Below are positions 8,868 to 17,835 of a DNA stretch of 64,000 nt, one piece after another. The notes under the pieces are model-generated. The model was not told the DNA's origin. It worked only from the letters and a program-made list of their open reading frames with translations, and searched no databases. The number at the start of each line of letters is the position of its first letter. Position 1 is the stretch's first letter. Made by a program: the position numbers and the translations under genes. This DNA is from a virus: IMG/VR virus record IMGVR_UViG_3300026189_000002, positions 32,001 through 96,000 of that record. One strand, written 5' to 3'.

Positions 8868-11351
8868 ATGTCTTTTACACTTGAGCAGCTTTCAGAGGGC
8901 ATCCGCGCTCGCCATCTAGGGGCTGAAAACAACAGATTAATTGAAAAATGGACCAAAACCGGTCTTTTACGCGGATTAAACGGTGTTAATCGAGAGTCTA
9001 TGGCTAGACTGCTTGAGAATCAGGCATCCCACGTTATTAAAGAGGCTTCTAGTCTTGGAAATGGTGGTAATGGTGCTTTAACAGCTTCTGGCGACATGAG
9101 AGGCTTCACTAATGTTGCTTTTCCTATCGTTAGAAGAGTATTTGGTGGCCTAATTGCAAATGATCTTGTTTCAATTCAGCCTATGAGTCTTCCTTCAGGA
9201 CTGCTCTTCTATCTTGACTACACAAGAGGCGGAGATCACGGCGTTGGAGATCCTATTAGCGGTCAGTCAAACTCAATATATGATAAAGGTTCTTCTTTAT
9301 ATAATAACCCAACGGGCTCTGCCATAAGAAAAGGTTCAAATGCAGTTGCTGGTCAATATGACCTTGCAGGAACTTCTTTTTCTAGAGCACACGGCAAGAG
9401 GTTGCTGGCTACTGCAGATATTGCAGCAGCTGGAACTGTTTTGGCTGACGGAACAATTGGTCGCGACATTGATGGCGATAACGGCGATAGAACAAAAACT
9501 TTGACAGCAACCGGAGCTGATGCACTTCTCCTTGATTTTGATCAGCAGGTTCTAGACACTGTTGCCGCTGGTGATAGTCATGCATCAGGTTCAAATCCAT
9601 TCTCCTTGCTCTGTGTTAAAACAGAGAACATGACGGATTTAGATCCAACCGCTATCAAGGGCGTTGCGCTACTAGCAAACTCTGGCTCTGCTGAGGGTAT
9701 TGGCGGCGGCGGTGGTCCTGCCTCTGCTACTGTTACAGTTTTAGCTGATTCGTTTGGCGATGCATTTGGAAATGGAAACGAATTAACTATAGGCATAGTT
9801 CTTCCTGCTGCTTTTGTTTCTCCTGAGGCTGGACAAAATGCCGCCGTTCCTGCAGCTCAGACCACAATAAGCGTAATCATTCAAGACTTCGGCGAATTAG
9901 GACCTGGTAATCCTGCACAGAATGCAATACACGTTGATTCTGCCGGAACAGCTAATATTAATGAAGTTGCAACACTTATAGCTAGTGCGCTTAACGGTAC
10001 AGAAGATGCTGCTATTGCTACAAATATAGCAGCTGCTCTAGCAAGTGGCGATGACGACATTGCAGATGGCCCAATTTTTGGTATTACGGCATCTGTGGAT
10101 GGTGCTGTTGTTACAATCTCTCAAGCTCGCGACGGAGATGAACATGCGGTTGGATTAACTGCTGCAGGCCAAGCTCACGATCAAGCTGCTCAAGTAACCC
10201 TAGGCGGTCTAGTCAACGGAAATCTTTCTGGTGGCGTTGATGATGGTACTCCTGTACACCTCAAGGTTGTTGGAAATGACTCAAAGGGTAATCCTTTCCA
10301 AGAGGGTGCTGGTTTGGTTAACATCAGAAGACTAAATGTTCTTGGTACAATGTCGGGCGGCGTCTTTACAGAGAATCCTTTCGCTGACGTAAAAAATGCA
10401 GCTACAGCAATCAGAATGGTTGTTGCAGGCGCTATACCAACAGAGACAATCGAAAAGGCAGAGCTCGATACTTCAGGTTCACTAGTTTACCCTAGAGCTT
10501 CGCAGCTTTCTACAGGAAACGGAGACACTCTAGTTGTTCCTTCTTTTGAGTCTGACTTTAACGGTGCAAACCCGCAGCCTTCAATCCCTGAGATTGACAT
10601 AAAGGTTGAGGCTGTTCCAGTTGTTGCTGAGACTAGAAAGCTAAGAGCAAGATGGTCTCCTGAATTAGCGCAGGACCTTAACGCTTATCACAGCCTAGAT
10701 GCAGAGGTTGAGTTGACTCAGATTCTATCTGAGCAGATTGCCCTAGAGATCGATAGAGAAATTCTCAGCGATCTTTTGACCGGCGCTTCTGCAGCAAACT
10801 TCTTCTGGTCAAGAGCTCCAGGTAAGTTTGTTAACAAGGAAACGGCTGAGGATGGCCCAGCGACCGCTAGCTTTACAGGTACGGTTCGTGAGTGGTATGA
10901 GACTCTAGTAGAGACGATCATAGACGTTGCCAATCAGATTCACAGAAAGACGCTAAGAGGTTCTGCGAACTTCATTGTCTGCGGACCTGATGTTGCGACG
11001 ATTTTAGAAGCTTCAGTTCTTTACAAGCCTAGCTACTCACTTGACGGTGACGGTCAGGTATCAGCGCCGATGGTTATTGGAGCTGATAGAGCAGGAACAT
11101 TGAGCAATAGATTTACAGTCTATAAGGACCCTTATTTCCCACGTAACAAGATCTTGGTCGGTTACAAGGGCGGAAGTTACTTAGAGACAGGTTTTGTATA
11201 CGCTCCTTATGTTCCACTTATCGTTACTCCTACAATCTTCCAGCCTGAAGACTTTACTCCTAGAAAGGGAGTGATGACTCGCTACGGTAAGAAGATGGTA
11301 AGAGCCGATTTTTACGGAACGGTTACTTGCTTGGATATGAATATCATCTAA
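8868..11351 (+). CDS. Major capsid protein paralogue 1 (gp23-like, 827 aa, extra inserted domain)
   Basis: gp23 motifs VSIQPMSLPSGLLFYL, RKLRARWSPELAQDLNAYH, EIDREIL, YAPYVPL and PRKGVMTRYG. Confidence 0.95.
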   Translation: MSFTLEQLSEGIRARHLGAENNRLIEKWTKTGLLRGLNGVNRESMARLLENQASHVIKEASSLGNGGNGALTASGDMRGFTNVAFPIVRRVFGGLIANDLVSIQPMSLPSGLLFYLDYTRGGDHGVGDPISGQSNSIYDKGSSLYNNPTGSAIRKGSNAVAGQYDLAGTSFSRAHGKRLLATADIAAAGTVLADGTIGRDIDGDNGDRTKTLTATGADALLLDFDQQVLDTVAAGDSHASGSNPFSLLCVKTENMTDLDPTAIKGVALLANSGSAEGIGGGGGPASATVTVLADSFGDAFGNGNELTIGIVLPAAFVSPEAGQNAAVPAAQTTISVIIQDFGELGPGNPAQNAIHVDSAGTANINEVATLIASALNGTEDAAIATNIAAALASGDDDIADGPIFGITASVDGAVVTISQARDGDEHAVGLTAAGQAHDQAAQVTLGGLVNGNLSGGVDDGTPVHLKVVGNDSKGNPFQEGAGLVNIRRLNVLGTMSGGVFTENPFADVKNAATAIRMVVAGAIPTETIEKAELDTSGSLVYPRASQLSTGNGDTLVVPSFESDFNGANPQPSIPEIDIKVEAVPVVAETRKLRARWSPELAQDLNAYHSLDAEVELTQILSEQIALEIDREILSDLLTGASAANFFWSRAPGKFVNKETAEDGPATASFTGTVREWYETLVETIIDVANQIHRKTLRGSANFIVCGPDVATILEASVLYKPSYSLDGDGQVSAPMVIGADRAGTLSNRFTVYKDPYFPRNKILVGYKGGSYLETGFVYAPYVPLIVTPTIFQPEDFTPRKGVMTRYGKKMVRADFYGTVTCLDMNII

Positions 11352-11371
11352 GCTTTTAGCTAGCGAAAATT

Positions 11372-11400
11372 AAAAGGGACCTTTTTGGTCCCTTTTTTTT
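11372..11400 (+). terminator. Rho-independent terminator after capsid gene 1
   Basis: AAAAGGGACC-TTTTT-GGTCCC followed by a T8 run. Confidence 0.9.
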
Positions 11401-11433
11401 ATTTTTAGTTTTTTCATAATACATTTTAACAAT

Positions 11434-11440
11434 ATACTTA
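11434..11440 (+). promoter_or_regulatory. Putative late promoter (ATA[ACT]TTA motif) for capsid gene 2
   Basis: ATACTTA just after the terminator. The same motif precedes many virion genes. Confidence 0.55.
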
Positions 11441-11445
11441 GTTAA

Positions 11446-11690
11446 GTGGATATAAGCTGCAAATGGAGGCCATTAATGGATCCAGCGGCGAAAGATTTTT
11501 AAAAGAGGATCAACTCACAATAGTTGTCCAAGAAGTTAATACAGATTGAATTCCCGGCCTTCTGTGTTTGTTTAGTATGGGAATGGTAAGTTCTGTTATC
11601 TAACAGATCGCTCCGGCTGACGCCTAATGGTTGCGATGAAGATTTTGGGGCTTTCCGATTTTGTTCGAATGATGACATAATATATTTTTT
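11446..11690 (+). ncRNA. Putative structured RNA / 5' leader of capsid gene 2
   Basis: GC-richer than the other spacers. Several hairpins (11507-11529, 11538-11568, 11592-11607, 11607-11637) and pseudoknot-compatible pairings. Confidence 0.55.
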
Positions 11691-11703
11691 AAGGAGTAAT
11701 AAA

Positions 11704-13677
11704 ATGTCAAACTTTTCATTGGAGCAGTTGACGGAGGGCATTCGCCAGAGACATCTCGGTAGCCAGAACCGTCAGCTCGTAGATAAGTGGGCCAGAACCG
11801 GTCTACTTCGTGGTTTAGAAGGCACAGGCCGTGAAAACATGGCTCGCCTACTAGAAAACCAAGCTTCACAGGTTCTTCGTGAGGCTTCTAGTCTTGGTGA
11901 CGGCGGCAACGGCGCTCTATCTGCTTCTGGCGATATGCGCGGTTTTACCAACGTTGCTTTCCCTATTGTTCGCCGTGTTTTCGGTGGATTGATTGCAAAC
12001 GATCTTGTTTCAATTCAGCCTATGAGCCTTCCTTCAGGACTGCTCTTCTATCTAGATTATACATCAGGCGCTGCTCACGGAGTAAGCCCCGCTCATGCAG
12101 ACGGCAGAAAAGCTGCTGCAGTTAATCCAGAGGGATCTTCTCTTTACAATGGCCCTTCAGGAGCCGGCGTCAGAACAGGCTCAACAGCAATAGGCGGAAA
12201 ATATGACTTAGGCGGTTTAGCCCAGTCTCGTAACATGAGACTAAATGAAGATCTTGATTTCCTAGGAACCGATGGAGAACCTGCAGCTTCTAGAAACTTT
12301 GTTTTCTTGGCCAATAATCATGATCTACCGGTTATACCTAATGCAAATGATCCCGGTCCCGGAGTTGGAACTACTGGTTTAGCCGGTAGACTTCTTCAGT
12401 TTGATGCACAGACAATTGCTGATATTGAAGCTGGACAAGAAGTCAGCTTCTTGCTTATACCGTTTACGGAGCATAACTTCAAAGACTGCGATTCAACTAT
12501 GGTTAAAGAAATCATGGTAGTTGATGATTCAGATGATGCTTCTTTGACTTATTTTCAAGCAGTTCCTACAACTCGCCAAGGTGCTTCCAACGCCTTAAAC
12601 ATTATGAAGCTTAATCAGCTTGTTAAGGTTGAAGATTCACACGGCACTGCCAAGTTGGATGCTCCCAAGATCGCCGCAATGACTCCCGCACCTTTAGCTT
12701 CTGTTGGAGACGATGATGTATGCTTGTTGGTTGCATGCCATAATGACGGTGGTGCTCTTACTAATGCCGATATGAATGATGGTGCTGGCGGTAAGCTAGG
12801 TGTTGTATATCCAGTTGCATCATCCTTATCTGCTGAAGACGGATCAAGCATAGTTGTTCCTTCTTTCGAGTCAGACATGGATGCTTCTAATCCGCAGCCT
12901 ACAATCCCAGAGATTGACATCAAGGTTGAGGCCGTTCCAGTTGTTGCTGAGACTCGCAAGCTACGTGCACGTTGGTCACCAGAGCTCGCTCAGGATCTTA
13001 ACGCTTATCACAGCCTTGACGCTGAGGTTGAGTTGACCCAGATCCTTTCAGAGCAGATTGCTTTGGAAATCGACCGCGAGATCCTTAGTGATCTTCTTAC
13101 TGGCGCTTCTGCAGCAAACTTCTTCTGGTCAAGAGCTCCAGGTAAGTTTGTTAACAAAGAAACAGCAGCTAATGTAGTAAGTTCCGGAGTTCCTTCTTTT
13201 ACAGGAACTGTTCGTGAGTGGTATGAGACTCTCGTAGAAACAATCATTGACGTTGCTAATCAGATTCACCGCAAGACGCTTCGCGGTTCTGCAAACTTTA
13301 TCGTTTGCGGTCCGGACGTTGCAACAATTCTTGAGGCATCTGTTCTTTACAAGCCTTCTTACACCCTTGATGGTGACGGACAGGTTTCGCAGCCAATGGT
13401 TATCGGTGCAGACCGCGCTGGTACACTAAGTAACCGCTTCACTGTTTACAAGGATCCTTACTTCCCAAGAAATAAGATTCTTGTTGGTTACAAGGGCGGA
13501 AGCTACTTGGAGACTGGATTCGTCTATGCTCCTTACGTACCATTGATTGTCACACCTACAATCTTCCAGCCAGAGGATTTCACCCCACGTAAGGGTGTCA
13601 TGACTCGCTACGGCAAGAAGATGGTTCGTGCTGACTTCTACGGCACAGTCACTTGCTTGGATATGAACATTATTTAA
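11704..13677 (+). CDS. Major capsid protein paralogue 2 (gp23-like, 657 aa; probably the dominant shell protein)
   Basis: Same gp23 motifs as paralogue 1. AAGGAG SD. CGT/CGC-biased Arg codons in the core. Has its own promoter motif and terminator. Confidence 0.95.
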   Translation: MSNFSLEQLTEGIRQRHLGSQNRQLVDKWARTGLLRGLEGTGRENMARLLENQASQVLREASSLGDGGNGALSASGDMRGFTNVAFPIVRRVFGGLIANDLVSIQPMSLPSGLLFYLDYTSGAAHGVSPAHADGRKAAAVNPEGSSLYNGPSGAGVRTGSTAIGGKYDLGGLAQSRNMRLNEDLDFLGTDGEPAASRNFVFLANNHDLPVIPNANDPGPGVGTTGLAGRLLQFDAQTIADIEAGQEVSFLLIPFTEHNFKDCDSTMVKEIMVVDDSDDASLTYFQAVPTTRQGASNALNIMKLNQLVKVEDSHGTAKLDAPKIAAMTPAPLASVGDDDVCLLVACHNDGGALTNADMNDGAGGKLGVVYPVASSLSAEDGSSIVVPSFESDMDASNPQPTIPEIDIKVEAVPVVAETRKLRARWSPELAQDLNAYHSLDAEVELTQILSEQIALEIDREILSDLLTGASAANFFWSRAPGKFVNKETAANVVSSGVPSFTGTVREWYETLVETIIDVANQIHRKTLRGSANFIVCGPDVATILEASVLYKPSYTLDGDGQVSQPMVIGADRAGTLSNRFTVYKDPYFPRNKILVGYKGGSYLETGFVYAPYVPLIVTPTIFQPEDFTPRKGVMTRYGKKMVRADFYGTVTCLDMNII

Positions 13678-13701
13678 GTTCATTTCTAGCAATCGCTAAT
13701 C

Positions 13702-13735
13702 GGAGGGGTCGTTATTCGGCCCCTCCTTTTTTTTT
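13702..13735 (+). terminator. Rho-independent terminator after capsid gene 2
   Basis: GGAGGGGTCG-TTATT-CGGCCCCTCC followed by a T9 run. Confidence 0.9.
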
Positions 13736-13791
13736 CTTATTTTTAAATCTGATATTTATACTTGTCTATTTTTCTGTTTGAGGTTTATACT

Positions 13792-14316
13792 ATGTCTAGC
13801 GAACGTCTAAAGCGATTAAAGTGTCTTGTTGATGAATTGTCAGACAGGGATCGCCAACTAAAAAGCGATTCTGGCATGTTTGTCGATTTTTTTCAAAACT
13901 TTCCTATTCCTGTTACCATGTGGTCTTTAGACGAGTCGGGGAATATATTAGCTAAGCGTGGAAATGCAGTTGTTAAAGAAGCCGGTGCGACTTGCTTAGG
14001 CAATATGTTTTTAGACAATTATTCTAACGAATTTAAGGAAGCCCATAAAAAAGCATACGAAGGACAAAACGTAGAATTTTTTTCTGAGCTAACAGATAAA
14101 GTATATTACACTAGACTTGTTCCTAGAAAATCTGAAGATGAAATAATAGGACTAACAGGAATATCTTGGGATATAACTTCTAATTTTAAAATTTTACAAT
14201 CACTAAAATCCATAATTGAAATGTGCGATAATGAAAACTCTGAAAAAAAAGATATTAAAAAAATCGCTCAAGAATCAATAAACATCAGCAGAATAAAAAA
14301 ACTGTTAGGAGAATAA
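13792..14316 (+). CDS. Stand-alone PAS/PAC domain protein
   Basis: FFQNFPIPVTMWSLDESGNI...HKKAYEG...YYTRLVP...EIIGLTGISWDIT fits the PAS/PAC pattern. GAGG SD before ATG 13792. Confidence 0.7.
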   Translation: MSSERLKRLKCLVDELSDRDRQLKSDSGMFVDFFQNFPIPVTMWSLDESGNILAKRGNAVVKEAGATCLGNMFLDNYSNEFKEAHKKAYEGQNVEFFSELTDKVYYTRLVPRKSEDEIIGLTGISWDITSNFKILQSLKSIIEMCDNENSEKKDIKKIAQESINISRIKKLLGE

Positions 14317-14652
14317 ATGAGCGACAATAATCAAAACGGCTGGAATGAATATTCTAGGCTAGTATTAAAAGAGCTAGAAACTCTTGCAGATGGAATAGAG
14401 TCAGTAAAATCAGAACTTCAAGAAGTCAGACAAGAGATGGCAAAAATGCAAGTTAGAGAAGACCGCATGGAAGAAATAAAACAGTGGAAAGAAAGAGTTG
14501 ACGATGTTGCTTCTCCGATACAACTAAAAGAACTAGTTAACGAAGTAAGTTCCCTTAAAGAATTTAAAACTAGGGCTATAACAATTTTTGCAGTCGTACA
14601 GTTTATAATGGCGTTTTCTGTATGGTATGTTAAATTCTTTCCGACAGGTTAA
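14317..14652 (+). CDS. Coiled-coil protein with C-terminal transmembrane helix (XhlA/holin-like topology)
   Basis: Heptad region followed by AITIFAVVQFIMAFSVWYV. AGGAG SD, abuts the PAS gene. Confidence 0.55.
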   Translation: MSDNNQNGWNEYSRLVLKELETLADGIESVKSELQEVRQEMAKMQVREDRMEEIKQWKERVDDVASPIQLKELVNEVSSLKEFKTRAITIFAVVQFIMAFSVWYVKFFPTG

Positions 14653-14686
14653 TTTATGATCATATTTACTTTTATGGAACTGCAAC

Positions 14687-15853
14687 ATGGCTAATTTTTT
14701 AAACACACAAAATCCTACCCCTTTTGGATTTTTTGATTCTGATAGGGACTTTCAAGTAGAAGCAGACTCCATGGTTGTATTTGTTAAAAGAAAACTAGGC
14801 GACGATATACTCAGCGTAGAGTTAACTAATAAACAAATATGGGCTGGTTTCGAAGAATCTATGCTTGAATACAGCTCTATTATAAATCAATACCAAGCGA
14901 AATCTCAACTTTCTAATCTACTAGGTGAAGCCACAGGTTCTTTAGAAGGAATGGAGAATAAGTTTTTTAGAGAGAGCGTAGAGTTTATGCTTAGAAGAGC
15001 AGAGCCCTATGCTATGGAAGCCGGCTTAGGTGGATCTTTTAATATGATGTCTGGTTCTATAAAGCTAGAAAAAGGCAGGCAGGATTACGATATTTATACA
15101 GAGCTAAAAGATTCAGATGGAACTCCTCTTTTCGAAAGAGAAGATACGCCCGACTCAAAAATGAAAATAATGGAAGTATTTCACTTTTCTCCTCAGGCGG
15201 CATATAGATTTTTTGATTCTACATCGGCTATAAACTATTTAAATAACGAATTTTCTTTTGAGTCTTTTACGCCTGAAACTGTATTTTACGTTCTTCCAGT
15301 TTTTGAAGATGTTCTTAGAGGCGGGATGTTAGATATGTCTTCTAGGGTTAGAAGATCTAACTATTCATATAAAATAACAGGCACCAAGATAAGAATATAT
15401 CCAGTTCCAACTCAAGAAAACCCCCAGTCTTTATTTTTAAGAGTTCATTTTGCACCGAATGTTTCTAATCCATCGTTTAAAGACAGTTCTATTTCAGGGG
15501 TTAGTAATCTGTCGAATGTTCCTTACGGAAGAATACAGTTCAGCGGGATAAATTCAATAGGCAGACAATGGGTTAGACAATTTTGCTTAGCAAACTGCAA
15601 AGAGTTATTAGGCATGGTTAGATCTAAGTTTTCTAGCGTTCCAATACCCGGAAGCGATCTGCAGTTGAACGGAACTGATTTAATAGCTCAAGGAAGAGAA
15701 GATAAAGAATCACTGAGAGTAAAGTTGTCTGAAATGCTAGATAGTATGACTTACAGTAAGATGCTTGAAGACGAAGCTCAAGCTTCAGAAAACTTAACGA
15801 CTATACTAAAGAAATTGCCTATTCCCAATGGAAAAGCTATAATAGTAGGATAA
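14687..15853 (+). CDS. Neck protein (gp13-like head-tail adaptor)
   Basis: KRKLG...VELT..QI at the N-terminus and WVRQFCLA..KELLG..RSKF...LNG near the C-terminus. Position after the capsid genes. Confidence 0.8.
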   Translation: MANFLNTQNPTPFGFFDSDRDFQVEADSMVVFVKRKLGDDILSVELTNKQIWAGFEESMLEYSSIINQYQAKSQLSNLLGEATGSLEGMENKFFRESVEFMLRRAEPYAMEAGLGGSFNMMSGSIKLEKGRQDYDIYTELKDSDGTPLFEREDTPDSKMKIMEVFHFSPQAAYRFFDSTSAINYLNNEFSFESFTPETVFYVLPVFEDVLRGGMLDMSSRVRRSNYSYKITGTKIRIYPVPTQENPQSLFLRVHFAPNVSNPSFKDSSISGVSNLSNVPYGRIQFSGINSIGRQWVRQFCLANCKELLGMVRSKFSSVPIPGSDLQLNGTDLIAQGREDKESLRVKLSEMLDSMTYSKMLEDEAQASENLTTILKKLPIPNGKAIIVG

Positions 15854-15857
15854 AAAA

Positions 15858-16526
15858 ATGGCTAGGCTATTTATTACGGCTAGAGAAATAGATTTAATAT
15901 CTGACCTTACTAAAGAAGTAATCAAAGATGTTTCTGGCCAAAAAGTTTTTTATTACAGAGTAAGAGAAGACTTAACAGACGTTCACGAGATTTACGAAGA
16001 AGCAGAAAATAAAGTATTTGATCCACCAGTAGAAATAGAAGCCCGCGTAGAGTATCAGCCCGGAATAATAAAAACCAACAGGTTCGGCAACGAGGAAATA
16101 GATACGATAAATGTTTTTTTCCACGAGAGAGATATAATAGACAAAGATTTAGAAATAAGAATGGGCGATTACTTTAGTTACGGAGAAGTTTTTTTTGAAA
16201 TAACTAGCGCAGTAGTAGAGTCAAACATTTTTGGACAAATAGAGCACTCTATAGGCATAAAGGTTATAGGAAAGCAGGCAAGAAAAGGTGCTATAGACTT
16301 TACCGCTTTAGGTCCTACTCAAAATGGAATAGAGGAAAACAAAGTAGTACAAGAAGAATTTGAACAACAAAGAGGGCTAAAAGAAAATTCTTCAGGAGAA
16401 ACAAACGACGTTAGGGCTTTACAAGAAAAAGGAAAAGTTGATCCTGTTAAAGAGCCGGCTAAAGTAAAAAATCAAAAGACTAAAGATTCCGGAACAACAG
16501 AATCATTTTTTTACGGGGATAGATAA
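15858..16526 (+). CDS. Head closure/neck protein (gp14-like)
   Basis: GQKVFYY...IYEEA...FG...GDYF pattern. Follows the gp13-like gene. Confidence 0.65.
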   Translation: MARLFITAREIDLISDLTKEVIKDVSGQKVFYYRVREDLTDVHEIYEEAENKVFDPPVEIEARVEYQPGIIKTNRFGNEEIDTINVFFHERDIIDKDLEIRMGDYFSYGEVFFEITSAVVESNIFGQIEHSIGIKVIGKQARKGAIDFTALGPTQNGIEENKVVQEEFEQQRGLKENSSGETNDVRALQEKGKVDPVKEPAKVKNQKTKDSGTTESFFYGDR

Positions 16527-17683
16527 TGACTACAAGAACGTTTAAAAATAATGGTATATTTGCAGTCCCTGCTAGAACCACAGAATATTCTATTCCCGAA
16601 GATTTTGATATACCAAACTGCACTGTAGAAGACGTTGATCGAGCCGTGTTTAATCTTTTTGAAAAGGAGCTTCCTTTTACTTATAGCCATAAATCCGGAT
16701 CAAAAAAAGTACCTGTTATATTTGCTACTGGAGAAAGATTTGCGGTGCTAAGAAGAAAAAAGCCGCTTAGAGATAAGGCAGGCGCTCTCATACTTCCGTT
16801 AATCTCTATAATGAGGACAGGCATATCTCAAGTGCCCACCATGGGATCTGCAACAAACCAAAGCACTCCTATGACTATCAAAAGAAGGCTTTCTAGCGAA
16901 GACCCATTTTATCAAAGAATTATAAATAAACAAGGAATAAAAAACTCCGACGATTTTTCTGTTTCTTCTAAAAAAGAAGTTTTTGCATCTGCAGACGGTC
17001 CAATGGGACTAGCATCCGGCGGAGGTGTGGTAAGCTTCTCAGGCGTTTTAGATGTTTCCGGCTCTGCTAGACTAATAAACTCAGAAAAAGGTTTAGACCA
17101 AAACATATTTGAATTTATTACTTTGCAGCCTCCTAGATATTATACGGCAAGTTATGAAGTGACTTTTTGGACTCAGTATACTACGCAAATGAATGACATG
17201 ATGATGAGCATGATGTCGCTATATCAATCTTTTTCTCAAAGAACATTTAAGTTATCGACTGAAAAAGGTTACTGGTTCGTTGCTTACGTTGGCGAAGAGT
17301 TTAGTCCAAGTAGCAACTTTGAAGAATTTACAGACGAAGAGAGATTAGTTAAACATTCTTTTACTATTAACGTGCCTGCTTATTTAGTAGGTTCTGTAGT
17401 GCCAGGTGGTCAAAAATTATTGAGAAAATCTTATTCCGCAACATCTTTAAGTTTTGGAATAGAAACGGTTCATAAAGTTTCTTCTAAAAAAGCACCGGCC
17501 GGTATACAGTCTGGAAACGTTAATGATTATACTTTAGAAGATATAAGGACTACTGATGAACCGCTTCCGGGCCAGTCTATAGCTGGTTCAGATTCAGACG
17601 CAGAGGTAGATACTAGAGGCCCGAATAAAGACACAACGAAAGAAGTGGAAATAGTTGCAGGCACTATTTCTAGAAATTCTTAA
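16526..17683 (+). CDS. Tail completion/terminator protein (gp15-like)
   Basis: KVPVIFATGER...LPLISIMR...P..Y..SYEVTFWT...QMN pattern. Precedes the sheath genes. Confidence 0.65.
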   Translation: MTTRTFKNNGIFAVPARTTEYSIPEDFDIPNCTVEDVDRAVFNLFEKELPFTYSHKSGSKKVPVIFATGERFAVLRRKKPLRDKAGALILPLISIMRTGISQVPTMGSATNQSTPMTIKRRLSSEDPFYQRIINKQGIKNSDDFSVSSKKEVFASADGPMGLASGGGVVSFSGVLDVSGSARLINSEKGLDQNIFEFITLQPPRYYTASYEVTFWTQYTTQMNDMMMSMMSLYQSFSQRTFKLSTEKGYWFVAYVGEEFSPSSNFEEFTDEERLVKHSFTINVPAYLVGSVVPGGQKLLRKSYSATSLSFGIETVHKVSSKKAPAGIQSGNVNDYTLEDIRTTDEPLPGQSIAGSDSDAEVDTRGPNKDTTKEVEIVAGTISRNS

Positions 17684-17835
17684 AAAGAGTTATATTTTTA
17701 TTTGATATAACCGATTAAAGTTCCTGCTGAAAGATATTTAATATTAATGAGTGGATCCGTGCATAAGGTTCGTAGAATTTTTAACCTTTTGCTCAATACT
17801 TATTCAACGAAGATACACGCGCTCGAGGAGATATA

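Noticed and set aside
11446-11703. Group I/II intron, tRNA or CRISPR array in the capsid spacer
   Set aside because: Both flanking genes are complete. No intron core motifs, cloverleaf or repeat-spacer periodicity were recognised. The 28-aa ORF at 11463 has no SD.
8868-13677. Diversity-generating retroelement (TR/VR) explanation for the capsid repeats
   Set aside because: Differences are mostly synonymous and not adenine-specific, and no reverse transcriptase is present in the window.
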